Shown here: one piece after another, positions 1-9,537 of the stretch
How the letters are laid out: every line of letters begins with the position of its first letter
Numbering within the stretch: the first letter of the stretch is position 1
Source of the DNA: Flavobacteriales bacterium
GTDB lineage: Bacteria; Bacteroidota; Bacteroidia; Flavobacteriales_F; PHOS-HE28
NCBI GenBank assembly: GCA_044347005.1
Contig: JBIIYD010000003.1
Location: forward strand, 1 to 36,856
DNA length: 36,856 bases
Direction: 5' to 3'
The notes under the pieces: generated by a model
What the model saw: only the letters and a program-made list of their open reading frames with translations
Told to the model about the DNA's origin: nothing
Database searches by the model: none
Translations under genes and position numbers: made by a program

Positions 1-66
1 CTTGGCTACTTGCTGCTGGCAACCCGGATGTCCGGCCAGCAGCCAGCGGCGAATGGCCAGCGGCGT
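1..66. repeat. 7-bp-periodic inverted repeat in frame inside dnaE2 (cut by window edge)
   Basis: ttggcta-cttgctg-ctggcaa ... ccggatgtccgg ... ccagcag-ccagcgg-cgaatgg-ccagcgg; encodes AAGHSPLAAGRTSGLPAASSQ. Confidence 0.6.
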
Positions 67-2503
67 GCAACGTGCATAGCTCATCACTTCGGTTCAAGCA
101 CGGCGCCTCCACCAACGCTCCGGCGCGCTTCGCCTCGTGCAGGTAGAACTCCGTGTGGTAGAAGCCGCCGAAGTTGTTCGCCACGGCCACCATGAACTCC
201 AGTGGGTGATAGGCCTTCAGGTAGAGGCTCTGGTAGCTTTCCACCGCGTAGCTGGCACTGTGGCCCTTCGCGAAGCTGTAGCCGGCGAAGCTCTCGATCT
301 GCCGCCAGATCTCGGCGCTCTCCTCCGCCGGATAGCCCTTGTTCAAGCAGTTGTCGAAGAAGCGCTCCTTCACGCGCTGGAACTCCTCCCGGCTGCGGTA
401 CTTGCCGCTCATGCCACGCCGCAGGATGTCCGCCTCCGCCAGCGTGAGCCCTGCGTACAGGTGGGCCACCTTGATCACGTCCTCCTGGTACACCATCACG
501 CCATAGGTGTCGGGCATGATCTTCAGCATCGCCGGGTGTGCCTGTTTACGCCGTTCGGGATCGCGGTGCCGCAGGATGTACTCGCGCATCATGCCGCTCT
601 GCGACACGCCTGGACGGATGATGCTGCTGGCCGCCACCAGCGTGGGGTAGTCCTCCACGTTCAGCTTCTTCAGCAGCATGCGCATGGCCGGACTTTCCAC
701 ATAGAAGCAACCGATGGTGTCGCCGGTGCGGAGGAGTTCGTTGATGCGGGGGTCGTGCTTGAAGCGTTCGATGGCGTGGATGTCCACCGCTTCGCGGAAT
801 GATGAATGATCAATATCCAATGTCCAATTTTCAATGGTCGCCTGGCGTGTTACGTTGTGGCCGTGTCTGCGCATGGGGCCAATTGAACATTGATCATTGA
901 TCATTGGATATTGGACATTGGCTTTCGTGCCCACCATCTCCACCGCATCCCGTATATGCCCCAAGCCCCGCTGGCTCAGGATATCGAACTTGTACAGCCC
1001 CATGTCCTCGGCCTCCAGCATGCTGAACTGTGTGGTGGCGAAGCCCTTCGGTGGCCGGTGCAGCGCGGTGTACTGGGTGAGGGGTTGCTCGCTGATCAAT
1101 ACACCGCCCACATGGATGCTCAGGTGGTGCGGGTGTTCGTGGAAATGCTCCGCGTAGCGCAGGATGGTGTGGGCGATGCGCTGGTCACCGTGGTCATTGC
1201 TCTGGTCAGCCTGGGGCTTGGCGTTGTCACTTCGACCGATCCACCGTGACCTTGCCGTATCCCCTTCCGCGAGTGCCTCGATCTCGGACGGTGGCAATCC
1301 GAAGACCTTACCCAGTTCGCGGACCACAGCGCGGTACTGGTAGGTGCTGTAGGTCGCCAGCAGTGCCACCCTTCGATCGGCGCCGTACGTGTCGAAGAGG
1401 TACTGCGTCACCTGGTCACGGTCCTTCCAGCTGAAGTCCAGGTCGAAATCGGGCGGGCTGCTCCGGCTGGGATTGATGAAGCGCTCGAAGTAGAGGTCCA
1501 GTTCGATGGGATCCACATCGGTGATGCCGAGGCAATAGGCGACGAGACTGTTCGCACCGCTGCCGCGCCCCACGTGGAAGAAGCCCTTGCGCTTCGCGAA
1601 GCGGATCAGGTCCCAATTGATCAGGAAGTAGCTCACGAAGTCCTTCTGCGCGATCACGGTGAGCTCGCGATGCACGCGCTCCAGGACCTGCTGCGAGGGT
1701 GATGGGTAGCGGCGTAGCAGACCGGCCTGTGTTTCGGTGCGCAGCAGTTCGAGGTCGGCGGATGAGTCCGTGCCCCACGTCCTGCGGTTCTTGCTCTTAC
1801 CGTGGGCGAAGTGCACATCGCACTGGTCCATCAGGCGGCGCGTGTTCCACACCAGTTCGGGCACATCAGCGAAGGCGGCGCAGATCCGCTCTTCGCTCGG
1901 GAAGCGTTGCGTGGCGGACGCTACATGATCCGGTGGTGTGGTGCTCAGCAGCGTGTTGGTGTCCACCGCGCGCTTCAGGCGGTGTACGTTGAAGTCGCGC
2001 TTGGCCAGTTGTTCATCGCTGCGGAAAGTGGCTGTGACCAGCGCGAGCAGCTTCTCCTTGTGTGTCATCCACGGCGAGAAGCGCAGGCGATTCACATCGC
2101 CGGGCCGCACGCCGATGAACTCGTTGGGGCGAAGCTTCTGCGGGATGTTCCGTGCGCCGTAGGGGTATATGATGAAGGCATCGGGGAGTTCCGGTGCCTG
2201 CTCCGGAAGCACGTCGCCATCGAGCAGTTGGTCCGTAAGCAGCGATGCCAGCTGATGCACACCCTCGTTGTTCCGCGCGATGCCGATGTACAGGGTACGC
2301 GCTCCCACCTTGAATTCGATCCCGGCCAGCGGACGGACCTTGTACTTGTCGGCCAGACGGAACAGGTCGCTCCAGCCCGCCGTGCAGTTGATGTCGGTGA
2401 GCGCCACCTGCTGTAGCCCCAGGTCGTGTACCTCCTGCAGCACCTGCTCGGGCGAGAGCACGCCGTGGTTGAGGCTGAACCAGCTGTGGGTGTTGAGGAG
2501 CAT
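1..2503 (-). CDS. dnaE2: DNA polymerase III alpha subunit, error-prone DnaE2-type (3' end beyond window)
   Basis: Manual translation from ATG 2503: MLLNTHSWFS..ALTDIN (PHP), GRGSGANSLVAYCLGITDVDP, PDFDLDF, KFDILSQRGLG, GCFYVESP, GVMVYQE, FAGYSFAKGHSASYA. No stop seen before the window edge, so it is absent from the ORF track. DnaE2 assignment rests on the dinB/LexA-like context. Confidence 0.92.
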   Translation of the reverse strand, partial: MLLNTHSWFSLNHGVLSPEQVLQEVHDLGLQQVALTDINCTAGWSDLFRLADKYKVRPLAGIEFKVGARTLYIGIARNNEGVHQLASLLTDQLLDGDVLPEQAPELPDAFIIYPYGARNIPQKLRPNEFIGVRPGDVNRLRFSPWMTHKEKLLALVTATFRSDEQLAKRDFNVHRLKRAVDTNTLLSTTPPDHVASATQRFPSEERICAAFADVPELVWNTRRLMDQCDVHFAHGKSKNRRTWGTDSSADLELLRTETQAGLLRRYPSPSQQVLERVHRELTVIAQKDFVSYFLINWDLIRFAKRKGFFHVGRGSGANSLVAYCLGITDVDPIELDLYFERFINPSRSSPPDFDLDFSWKDRDQVTQYLFDTYGADRRVALLATYSTYQYRAVVRELGKVFGLPPSEIEALAEGDTARSRWIGRSDNAKPQADQSNDHGDQRIAHTILRYAEHFHEHPHHLSIHVGGVLISEQPLTQYTALHRPPKGFATTQFSMLEAEDMGLYKFDILSQRGLGHIRDAVEMVGTKANVQYPMINDQCSIGPMRRHGHNVTRQATIENWTLDIDHSSFREAVDIHAIERFKHDPRINELLRTGDTIGCFYVESPAMRMLLKKLNVEDYPTLVAASSIIRPGVSQSGMMREYILRHRDPERRKQAHPAMLKIMPDTYGVMVYQEDVIKVAHLYAGLTLAEADILRRGMSGKYRSREEFQRVKERFFDNCLNKGYPAEESAEIWRQIESFAGYSFAKGHSASYAVESYQSLYLKAYHPLEFMVAVANNFGGFYHTEFYLHEAKRAGALVEAPCLNRSDELCTLHAAGHSPLAAGRTSGLPAASSQ
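797..921. repeat. Heptamer palindromic element E1, in frame inside dnaE2
   Basis: gaatgat gaatgat caatatc caatgtc caatttt caatgg / ~40-nt spacer / aattg aacattg atcattg atcattg gatattg gacattg; no stop in the dnaE2 frame (checked codon by codon). Confidence 0.9.
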
Positions 2504-2538
2504 GGATCACCTGATCGACGAATAATCGGACGATCAAT

Positions 2539-2555
2539 TGATCATAAAGTAGTCA
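2539..2555. promoter_or_regulatory. Candidate operator TGAT-N9-GTCA upstream of dnaE2
   Basis: tTGATcataaagtaGTCAtat; same spacing and flanks as 13421-13437. Confidence 0.45.
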
Positions 2556-2649
2556 TATTCCGCCACCGCACGAGCGCACTTTATCAGGATCATTCGCAAT
2601 GAACCTATGACGCAAAGCCGTGTATCTAACGGGCACCGACCTTTGTCCA

Positions 2650-4671
2650 ATGCGCACGCTGCTCTCTTTTCTCCTGTTGCTCGGTACCACGCTCCACGCC
2701 CAGCAATGGAACTGGGCCGCCAGTGCCGGCGGTGGCGGCAATGTGGACTTCTGCCACGGCATCGCCACCGACAGCGAGGGCAATGCCTACTGGGTGGGTA
2801 GCCTGGCAGGCATGGTGGATTTCGGTTGTGGCATCATCAGCGATGGCAACAGCGACGTGATGGGCTTCATCGCCAAGCGCGGTCCCGATGGCGCGTGCCT
2901 GTGGGTGCGGGCGATCACCGTGGGCTTCAACGATGCTTGGGCGTACGGGGTGGCCGTTGATTCGGCCGACCGTATCTATGTGACCGGCAGCTATAACGGC
3001 AACGCGGACTTCGGCAGTGGGGTGACGCTGGGCAGTCTTGGCAACGACGACATCTTCCTGGCCCGCTACGATACGGCGGGAATCTGCCTGTGGGCGCGGC
3101 GTGCAGGCAGCAGTGGCAGCAGCGATGAGGCGCGTGGCGTTGCCGTGTCGGCCGATGGCGGTGTGTTCATCGCGGGCTTCAGCGGAGGAACCACCATCGG
3201 CTTCGACGGCATCAGCATTCCCAACGCGGGGAACTTCAGGCAACTGGTGATCGCGCGTTATGACAGCACCGGCACCGTGCAGTGGGCGCGTGCGAGTACA
3301 GGTAACGGACAGAGTAAGAGCTGCCGCGCGATCAGTGTAAGCGGCGATCGGCTGTTCGTGACCGGACAGGTCGGTGCTTCGGCCGCGAGCTACGATGGTC
3401 TGGCCTTGACGCCGGGCGCGAGCGGAGCCTACCTCTATGTGCTGGCCACGGACCTGGAAGGCAACGGCCTTTGGGCGCGCAGCTACGGAAACGGCGACAA
3501 CGAAGGCATGGGCATCAGCGCGGATACCCTGGGCAATGTTTTCGTGGCGGCGCGCATGTGGGGCAGCCTGTTCCTGCCGGACGATACCCTTGCGTCGGTA
3601 AGCAGCAATGACGACATCCTGGTGATGAAGCTGGATCAAGATGGGGATCTGCAGTGGGCACAAAGCACCGGTTCCACCCAGCGTGACCTGGCTTGGGACG
3701 TGGAGGCCGATGGCATGGGCAATGTGCTGGTGGCCGCGCATTTCCAACAGAGCATCGACTTCTTCGGAACACCGTTCACGTCCCTGGGCGGTGAGGACAT
3801 GCTGATCGCGAAGCTCGCCGTTGATGGGCAGGTGGTGTGGGCATCACGCCCGAGCGGGTTCCAGCGGGACATCCCGCTATGCATCCACCGCCAAGCCTCT
3901 GCGCCCAACAGCATCTACTTCGGCGGGTACTATTGGGGTGCGATCACCTACGGCAACACCACCATCGATGACGTCGGCAACGGCGATGCGATGTTGATCG
4001 CGGGCATCGACACCACCTTCGCGGCGAGTACCTACAGCGCAGGGATCTGTCCGGGTGCGTGTGATGGGATCGCGCAGGTGTTCACGAACGGCGACGGTCC
4101 GTTCAGCTATCTGTGGAGCACCGGTGGCACTACGCCGGTGATCGACGGACTATGCGTCGGCACCTATGACGTGCAGGTGTTCGATTCGAACGGACAGGTG
4201 CGCACCGTTGCCATGGAAGTGCTGGAACGCGCTGATCCGGGCTACACGGTACAGGTGGACGGTGATTCGCTGTGGGTGATCGGCGGGGTGGCTTGGGATT
4301 GGTACCTGAACGATGACCAGTCGATCAGCGAAAGTTCTTCGGTACTCGCCTTGGTGAACGGTGACTACCACGCCCTAGTGACCGATGCCTTCGGTTGTGT
4401 ATGGAGCACGGATACGGTGCAGGTCTTGACCACGACAGTGACCGACGTGGAGGGACTGGGGTTGCGGGCCTGGCCGAACCCGATGGGAGAGATGTTGTTC
4501 GTGGAAGGTCTGCGCCCTGGTGAGGTGCTGGAACTGCTCGATGCCTTGGGGCGTGCGGTGTGGCGGGGGCAGGCCGTAGGTGGGCGCTCCGCGATCCCGA
4601 CGAATGGGCTGGCACCGGGGAGCTACTTGCTTCGGACGGAAAGCGGAGCTGTGGTGAAGCTGGTGAGGTAG
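2650..4671 (+). CDS. T9SS type A CTD secreted protein with SBBP-like beta-propeller repeats and a SprB-like repeat
   Basis: Signal peptide MRTLLSFLLLLGTTLHAQ; repeated D..GN.YVTG/DIFLARYD..G..WA units; CPGACDG..GPFSYLWS; CTD AWPNP...LAPGSYLLR...KLVR. Confidence 0.85.
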   Translation: MRTLLSFLLLLGTTLHAQQWNWAASAGGGGNVDFCHGIATDSEGNAYWVGSLAGMVDFGCGIISDGNSDVMGFIAKRGPDGACLWVRAITVGFNDAWAYGVAVDSADRIYVTGSYNGNADFGSGVTLGSLGNDDIFLARYDTAGICLWARRAGSSGSSDEARGVAVSADGGVFIAGFSGGTTIGFDGISIPNAGNFRQLVIARYDSTGTVQWARASTGNGQSKSCRAISVSGDRLFVTGQVGASAASYDGLALTPGASGAYLYVLATDLEGNGLWARSYGNGDNEGMGISADTLGNVFVAARMWGSLFLPDDTLASVSSNDDILVMKLDQDGDLQWAQSTGSTQRDLAWDVEADGMGNVLVAAHFQQSIDFFGTPFTSLGGEDMLIAKLAVDGQVVWASRPSGFQRDIPLCIHRQASAPNSIYFGGYYWGAITYGNTTIDDVGNGDAMLIAGIDTTFAASTYSAGICPGACDGIAQVFTNGDGPFSYLWSTGGTTPVIDGLCVGTYDVQVFDSNGQVRTVAMEVLERADPGYTVQVDGDSLWVIGGVAWDWYLNDDQSISESSSVLALVNGDYHALVTDAFGCVWSTDTVQVLTTTVTDVEGLGLRAWPNPMGEMLFVEGLRPGEVLELLDALGRAVWRGQAVGGRSAIPTNGLAPGSYLLRTESGAVVKLVR

Positions 4672-4690
4672 AAAATCTGGGATGGCCCCC

Positions 4691-4782
4691 GAATATCCAA
4701 TGATCAATGTCCAATGACCAATGTCCAAGTGCCTGAAGCTGACACTTGGACATTGGTCATTGAGAATTGGACGTTGATCATT
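4691..4782. repeat. Heptamer palindromic element E2 between convergent genes
   Basis: Perfect 20-bp stem caatgaccaatgtccaagtg (4712-4731) / 4743-4762, 11-nt loop, further degenerate heptamers outside; abuts the TAA at 4781. Confidence 0.9.
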
Positions 4783-7700
4783 ACTCCACCTTCTTCCTGT
4801 TATCCGCCGGCAGTCGATCGAAGAACAGATGGTCCGGATCGATCTCCACCGCACTTGGTTTTTCGCTCACCTGAAAAGTGAGCCTGTTCTCCCCGGTGTT
4901 CAGCTTCACGCGCTGTTTGGCCAGTGGCTCATCGCCCTTCTCCTTGTCCTTGCCAAAGCGCGCTTTGGGCTGCACGGCCACGTCCATCCAATCCGCCATG
5001 GGCACAGGCGCTTCACGACCCAGTGAATCGCTGTGCATCTTCTCCGCGGTGATCAACACCTCCACGGTCCAGCTGCTGTCGGCATTCATGCTGGCCTTGG
5101 CTTCGGTCACAGCGTTATTGTATAGCGTGATGTGTTTGATGTTGTCATCAAGCAGATACAGCAGACTGTCAGGCGTTATGGCACGCATGGCGCGGTACAT
5201 GTCCAGCGATGTGGGGTACGGCGGCTCGGCATAACCGAAGCTGTCGACCATGTGATGGAAGGCCTGATTCAACACATCCTCTCCGAGGAATTCGCGGAGG
5301 CCATAAAGCATCACACTGCCTTTGTTGTAGTGGATGTAGCCCTGGTTCTCCACGGTGAGCAGGGGCGATTCACCGATCGCCTCCGAGCCTCGTGCGTTCT
5401 GGTACTTATCGGCCTCGTACTTCATGAACTTGCGCATGTGCGGCCTGCCGTACTCCTGCTCCATCACCATCAGGGCGGTGTACTGCGCCATGCTTTCGCT
5501 GAGCAGTGTGGCGCCCTGCATCACGGCACCGATCACTTGGTGCGCCCACCACTGGTGCCCCATTTCGTGAGCCACTACATAGAACACCGGGTCGATATCC
5601 TCCGGCTCACGCAGGTCGGTGATGAAGCCGATGCCTTCACTGTAAGGCATCGTTCCGGGGAAGGCTTGTGCGAAGCTTGCGTAGCGCGGGAACTCGATGA
5701 TGCGCGCCTGTTTGTGTCGGTAAGGAGCGAAGTTCTTTCCGGCGTAAGCGATGGTCTTCTTCAGGCTGCTGAGCATGCGCGGCACGTTCACGCCATGGTC
5801 CTTGTGGTAGTAGACCTCGATGTCCACGCTCTGTCCAGAGCCCGTCGAAGGGTCGCCGAGCTTCTCGCGTGCCACCTCGTAGCGGGCGCTCATGAAGCTG
5901 TAGAAGTTCAGTGAGGGGTGGTCCACCACGTAGCGGAAGTAGCGCCGGCCGTTCTCGCTCCATTCCTTCACCAGGCTGCCTGGCGCGATGGCGATCTGGT
6001 CGGGTGCGGTACTGATGGTGGTGCCCACCTCCACCCAGTCGCTGTGGCGAAGCAGGTAGTTCTGCATGCGGTCCTCAGGGGCCTCGCTCAGCAAGGGCGT
6101 CCGACGGTTGGGTGGCAGGTCGTATTCACGGCGGTCGTTCTTGTCGGTAAGCTCGAAGTCGCTCTGGTATCCGATGCCGGGCAGGAGGTCCATGTTGTTG
6201 AAGAAGCTGCCGTTCTGAACGATGCCGGTGAAGGACACGTTGTTCTCGAAGCCCTTGGCCGCGTAGCCGCCGCGCACACTGAGGCGCAGGTCGGCGCCGG
6301 GCGCGAGGGGCGGGGTGAGGCGGTACATGCGTTGCTTCATGTCCTCGTCATCGAGCAACACGGTGGCACCTGGGATGTCCACTTGCAACCCTGATGGGTT
6401 CCGGTGCATGCGATCGGGCAGGCTCAACCACAACGTATCGATGGCACGGTCACCCTTGTTGCGCAGGGTGATGTCGGCTGTATACATCAGGGCACGCTTT
6501 TCGGGTTCCAGGTCGATGGTGAAATCCACCGCCATGTAATGCGGCTGGTGCATGCCCTCGTAGCGCTTGTAGGTGCGCTCATAGTCCACCTGCTGCTTTT
6601 CCCGTTCCTCGCTGGTGGTGTATTCATTGAGCACCTTGGTGTTGTAATAGCCCCAGCCGGCCAGGACCGCAAAGAGCACCACCAGGCCGATGGCCGGTAC
6701 GCGCGTGCTGGCGAAGCGCTGCTTCGCGTGGTGCCACCGCCACCGCCACGCCGTGTCGTTGCCCCGCACTAGGAAGAGCCAGCTGGCGTAGAGCAGGATG
6801 GCTGCGAAGATCATCCAATACACGCGGAAGAAGATCCATCCCGGCAGGAAGGGCCCGAAGCCGCTCATGTCCGAGTAGGTCAGGCCGGAGGAACCGTTCA
6901 GCTGTACGAGGTTGGACTCCACGTCCAGCGCGCTCCACCCGAAGGTGTTCAGCACGACCAGCAGGATGAACATGAAGTAGCCGAGGTACTTGTTGTTCAC
7001 CAGCACATGCACCAACATCGCAAGGGCGGTGAAGAATGCGAAGCCCAGTGTGGCTGGGATGATGAGATAGCTGAGGTACAGATCGGGCTGGATGCGGGTG
7101 TATCCGTTCAGCAGTTGGGTGACGATGCCTGCCAGTGCGGCGAAGCACATCACCACAAAGATCACGGTGGTCAATGCGGCGAACTTGGCCAGCAGCCCGG
7201 CGCCAGTGGAGGTGGGCAAAGCGTTGGTGATGCCATCGATGCGCGGCTCTCGTTCCTTCCAGATGAGCTGCCCGGCGTAGAAGGTGACAATGATGATCAG
7301 GTACATGAACAGGCCGCCCTGGATCACATCAGCCACGTTGTAGGTGACCGGGTACGTCTTGTTGCCATACAGCTCGGTGACGAAGCCCAGCGACACGAAA
7401 AGCTGCACCAGCCCGAGCGACATGATCAGGATGAACGGGGTGCTCTTCAGGATGCCCTTCACGTCCGTGAGGTAAAGGGAGGTGAACCAGCTGCGGCGCG
7501 CTCCGGCATCGAAACGCTGGGCCACCTTGGGTAGGGCTACTTGAGCAAAGGTGGTCTTTCGGTTGGCATCGGCCTCCAAGGCCTTGGCCTTCTGCACGCG
7601 TTCCGTGAAGGAGAAGCGCAAGTAGCCGAAGAGGAACACGCCGATGCTTACGGCGATCCACAGGATGCGGTTCCACAGCATCATGCCCGTGGCGGGCAGC

Positions 7701-8395
7701 ACCAGTGTGTTCTTGTCCTCCACGGTCCAGTACTTGGTGGCCACCTGGAAGGCGGTGCCACCGAAGGGGTCCGTCATCACCCCGATCCACTCGTTCTCCA
7801 GGTCGCTTGTGAAGGCACCGGCAATGCTGAAGCCCACCAGCAGCGCGATGGCGGTGATGAAGGCCGCCATGGTGTTGCGCAGCAGCACGCTCACGGCGAA
7901 AATGATGCTGGCGGAGAAGAGGACGTTGGGTATCGCGAAGAGCAGGACGGCCTGCAGGTGGTGGGCGAACTGGTTGGGACCGATGCGCACCTCGTCGATG
8001 CCGGGCCACATGCTGCCCACCACGAAGCCGATGCTCACACCCAGCATGGGCAGGAGGGCCACGAAGGTGCTGCCCAGGAACTTGCCGATGAGGTAGCTGG
8101 CCTTCGAGACCGGTGTGCTGAAGACGATCTGTGCGGTGTTGCTCGTGAAGTCGCGGATGGCCGTGGCGTTCACGAAGGCGGTGACGAGCAGCAGGCCCAG
8201 GGCGCTCCAGGTGGCGTACCACAGGTACAGGAGGTAGGGCGCGTTCTTCAGCACGTTGCCCACAGCCATGCCGATCTGCACGTTGTCGCTCACCACGGCC
8301 GCCCCCGTGAGGAAGGCGATGAGGGCGATGAAGATGTACGCCATGGGCTGACGCAGCCAGTAGCGCACCTCGAAGAGGAAGAAGCGGAGGGTCAT
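4781..8395 (-). CDS. ABC-2 type permease / M1 family aminopeptidase fusion protein
   Basis: About 12-13 hydrophobic helices in the N-half; C-half has HEMGH..LSE zinc motif and YIHYNKG; ATGA-coupled to the upstream ATPase. Confidence 0.88.
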   Translation of the reverse strand: MTLRFFLFEVRYWLRQPMAYIFIALIAFLTGAAVVSDNVQIGMAVGNVLKNAPYLLYLWYATWSALGLLLVTAFVNATAIRDFTSNTAQIVFSTPVSKASYLIGKFLGSTFVALLPMLGVSIGFVVGSMWPGIDEVRIGPNQFAHHLQAVLLFAIPNVLFSASIIFAVSVLLRNTMAAFITAIALLVGFSIAGAFTSDLENEWIGVMTDPFGGTAFQVATKYWTVEDKNTLVLPATGMMLWNRILWIAVSIGVFLFGYLRFSFTERVQKAKALEADANRKTTFAQVALPKVAQRFDAGARRSWFTSLYLTDVKGILKSTPFILIMSLGLVQLFVSLGFVTELYGNKTYPVTYNVADVIQGGLFMYLIIIVTFYAGQLIWKEREPRIDGITNALPTSTGAGLLAKFAALTTVIFVVMCFAALAGIVTQLLNGYTRIQPDLYLSYLIIPATLGFAFFTALAMLVHVLVNNKYLGYFMFILLVVLNTFGWSALDVESNLVQLNGSSGLTYSDMSGFGPFLPGWIFFRVYWMIFAAILLYASWLFLVRGNDTAWRWRWHHAKQRFASTRVPAIGLVVLFAVLAGWGYYNTKVLNEYTTSEEREKQQVDYERTYKRYEGMHQPHYMAVDFTIDLEPEKRALMYTADITLRNKGDRAIDTLWLSLPDRMHRNPSGLQVDIPGATVLLDDEDMKQRMYRLTPPLAPGADLRLSVRGGYAAKGFENNVSFTGIVQNGSFFNNMDLLPGIGYQSDFELTDKNDRREYDLPPNRRTPLLSEAPEDRMQNYLLRHSDWVEVGTTISTAPDQIAIAPGSLVKEWSENGRRYFRYVVDHPSLNFYSFMSARYEVAREKLGDPSTGSGQSVDIEVYYHKDHGVNVPRMLSSLKKTIAYAGKNFAPYRHKQARIIEFPRYASFAQAFPGTMPYSEGIGFITDLREPEDIDPVFYVVAHEMGHQWWAHQVIGAVMQGATLLSESMAQYTALMVMEQEYGRPHMRKFMKYEADKYQNARGSEAIGESPLLTVENQGYIHYNKGSVMLYGLREFLGEDVLNQAFHHMVDSFGYAEPPYPTSLDMYRAMRAITPDSLLYLLDDNIKHITLYNNAVTEAKASMNADSSWTVEVLITAEKMHSDSLGREAPVPMADWMDVAVQPKARFGKDKEKGDEPLAKQRVKLNTGENRLTFQVSEKPSAVEIDPDHLFFDRLPADNRKKVE
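5831..5852 (-). repeat. Short REP-like element CCCTTCGACGGGCTCTGGACAG, in frame (PSTGSGQ)
   Basis: Resembles the recalled CCCTTCGACAGGCTCAGG repeat type; sits in the loop EKLGD-PSTGSGQ-SVDIEVYY. Confidence 0.6.
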
Positions 8396-9282
8396 GCGGC
8401 TACGGTTTCGCGGTTGCTGCGGTGGATCGCCCCGAAGAACACGTCCTCCAGGCTGGGCTCGGCGCTGATGAAGCCATCGGCCGGTTTGGCATCGCTCATC
8501 ACATGGATGATCGGTGTGCCGGCCACCAGCTTGTTGCTGATCAGGTCGTGCGTGGTGGCATACTGCTCCAGCTCATGCTTGCCAATGGCCTTCTCCCACA
8601 CCTTGCCTTTCATGGCCGCGAGCGCATCGTTCGGCGCTCCGGCATAGAGCAGCCTGCCCTTGTTAATGATGGCCATGTTGCGGCACAGCTCCTGCACGTC
8701 CTGCACGATGTGGGTGCTGAGGATCACCACCACGTTCTCGCCGATCTCGGTGAGCAGGTTGTAGAATCGGTTCCGTTCACCGGGGTCAAGTCCTGCGGTC
8801 GGTTCATCCACGATGATCAATTTGGGATCACCGATCAGCGATTGCGCGATACCGAAGCGTTGCTTCATACCCCCGCTGAAACCGCTGATGCGGCGCTTGC
8901 GATGCTCCCACAGGTTCACCCGTTGCAGCAGTGCCTCCACCAGTTCCTTGCGCGGGCCCTTGTCCACCACGCCTTTCAGCAGGGCGATGTGGTCCAACAT
9001 CTCGTAGGCGCTTACCCGAGGGTACACCCCGAACTCCTGTGGCAGGTAGCCCAGCACTTTGCGCACGGCCTCCTTGTCGTTGAGTACATCGATCGTGCCC
9101 AGCATGGCTGAACCACCATCCGCTTCCTGCAAGGTGGCGAGGATGCGCATCAGCGTGCTCTTGCCAGCGCCGTTGGGGCCCAGTAGGCCGAACATGCCGG
9201 TGGGGATGTGCAGGCTGACATTGTCCAGCGCTTTCACGCCGTTGCCGTAGGTTTTGCTGAGGCCGTTGATGGTGAGTTCCAT
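8392..9282 (-). CDS. ABC transporter ATP-binding protein
   Basis: [26 protein letters not shown]; start moved to MELTING at 9282. Confidence 0.95.
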   Translation of the reverse strand: MELTINGLSKTYGNGVKALDNVSLHIPTGMFGLLGPNGAGKSTLMRILATLQEADGGSAMLGTIDVLNDKEAVRKVLGYLPQEFGVYPRVSAYEMLDHIALLKGVVDKGPRKELVEALLQRVNLWEHRKRRISGFSGGMKQRFGIAQSLIGDPKLIIVDEPTAGLDPGERNRFYNLLTEIGENVVVILSTHIVQDVQELCRNMAIINKGRLLYAGAPNDALAAMKGKVWEKAIGKHELEQYATTHDLISNKLVAGTPIIHVMSDAKPADGFISAEPSLEDVFFGAIHRSNRETVAA

Positions 9283-9420
9283 GGGGTGTGTGGTGGGGTT
9301 TGCAGGGTGCAAGATGGGGATCGCCGCCGGTCATTCGCAATGGATCACATAGGCGGTCGGGTTGGCGAGGTGACCGGTAGTGGGACGTGCGGAGGGAGTT
9401 AGGAGTTACAGGGCGGGAAG

Positions 9421-9510
9421 TATCGAATGATGAATGTCCGATATTCAATGACCAATTGCCCGTGATCACGAGGTCGTCATTGCATATTCACAATTGGACA
9501 TGGATCATTC
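9421..9510. repeat. Heptamer palindromic element E3
   Basis: gaatgat gaatgtc cgatatt caatgac caattg ... cattgcatattcacaattggacatggatcattc. Confidence 0.8.
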
Positions 9511-9537
9511 TTACTCCTCACACTCTCCTCTTCCACC

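Noticed and set aside
797-921. Intein or intron in dnaE2
   Set aside because: Only about 40 codons, no C/S...HN splice motifs, and clearly a member of the heptamer repeat family.
10-2525. Many plus-strand ORFs (137-802, 890-1249, 1802-2416 and others)
   Set aside because: Antisense shadows of dnaE2, typical of high-GC DNA; the same applies to shadows over the other genes.
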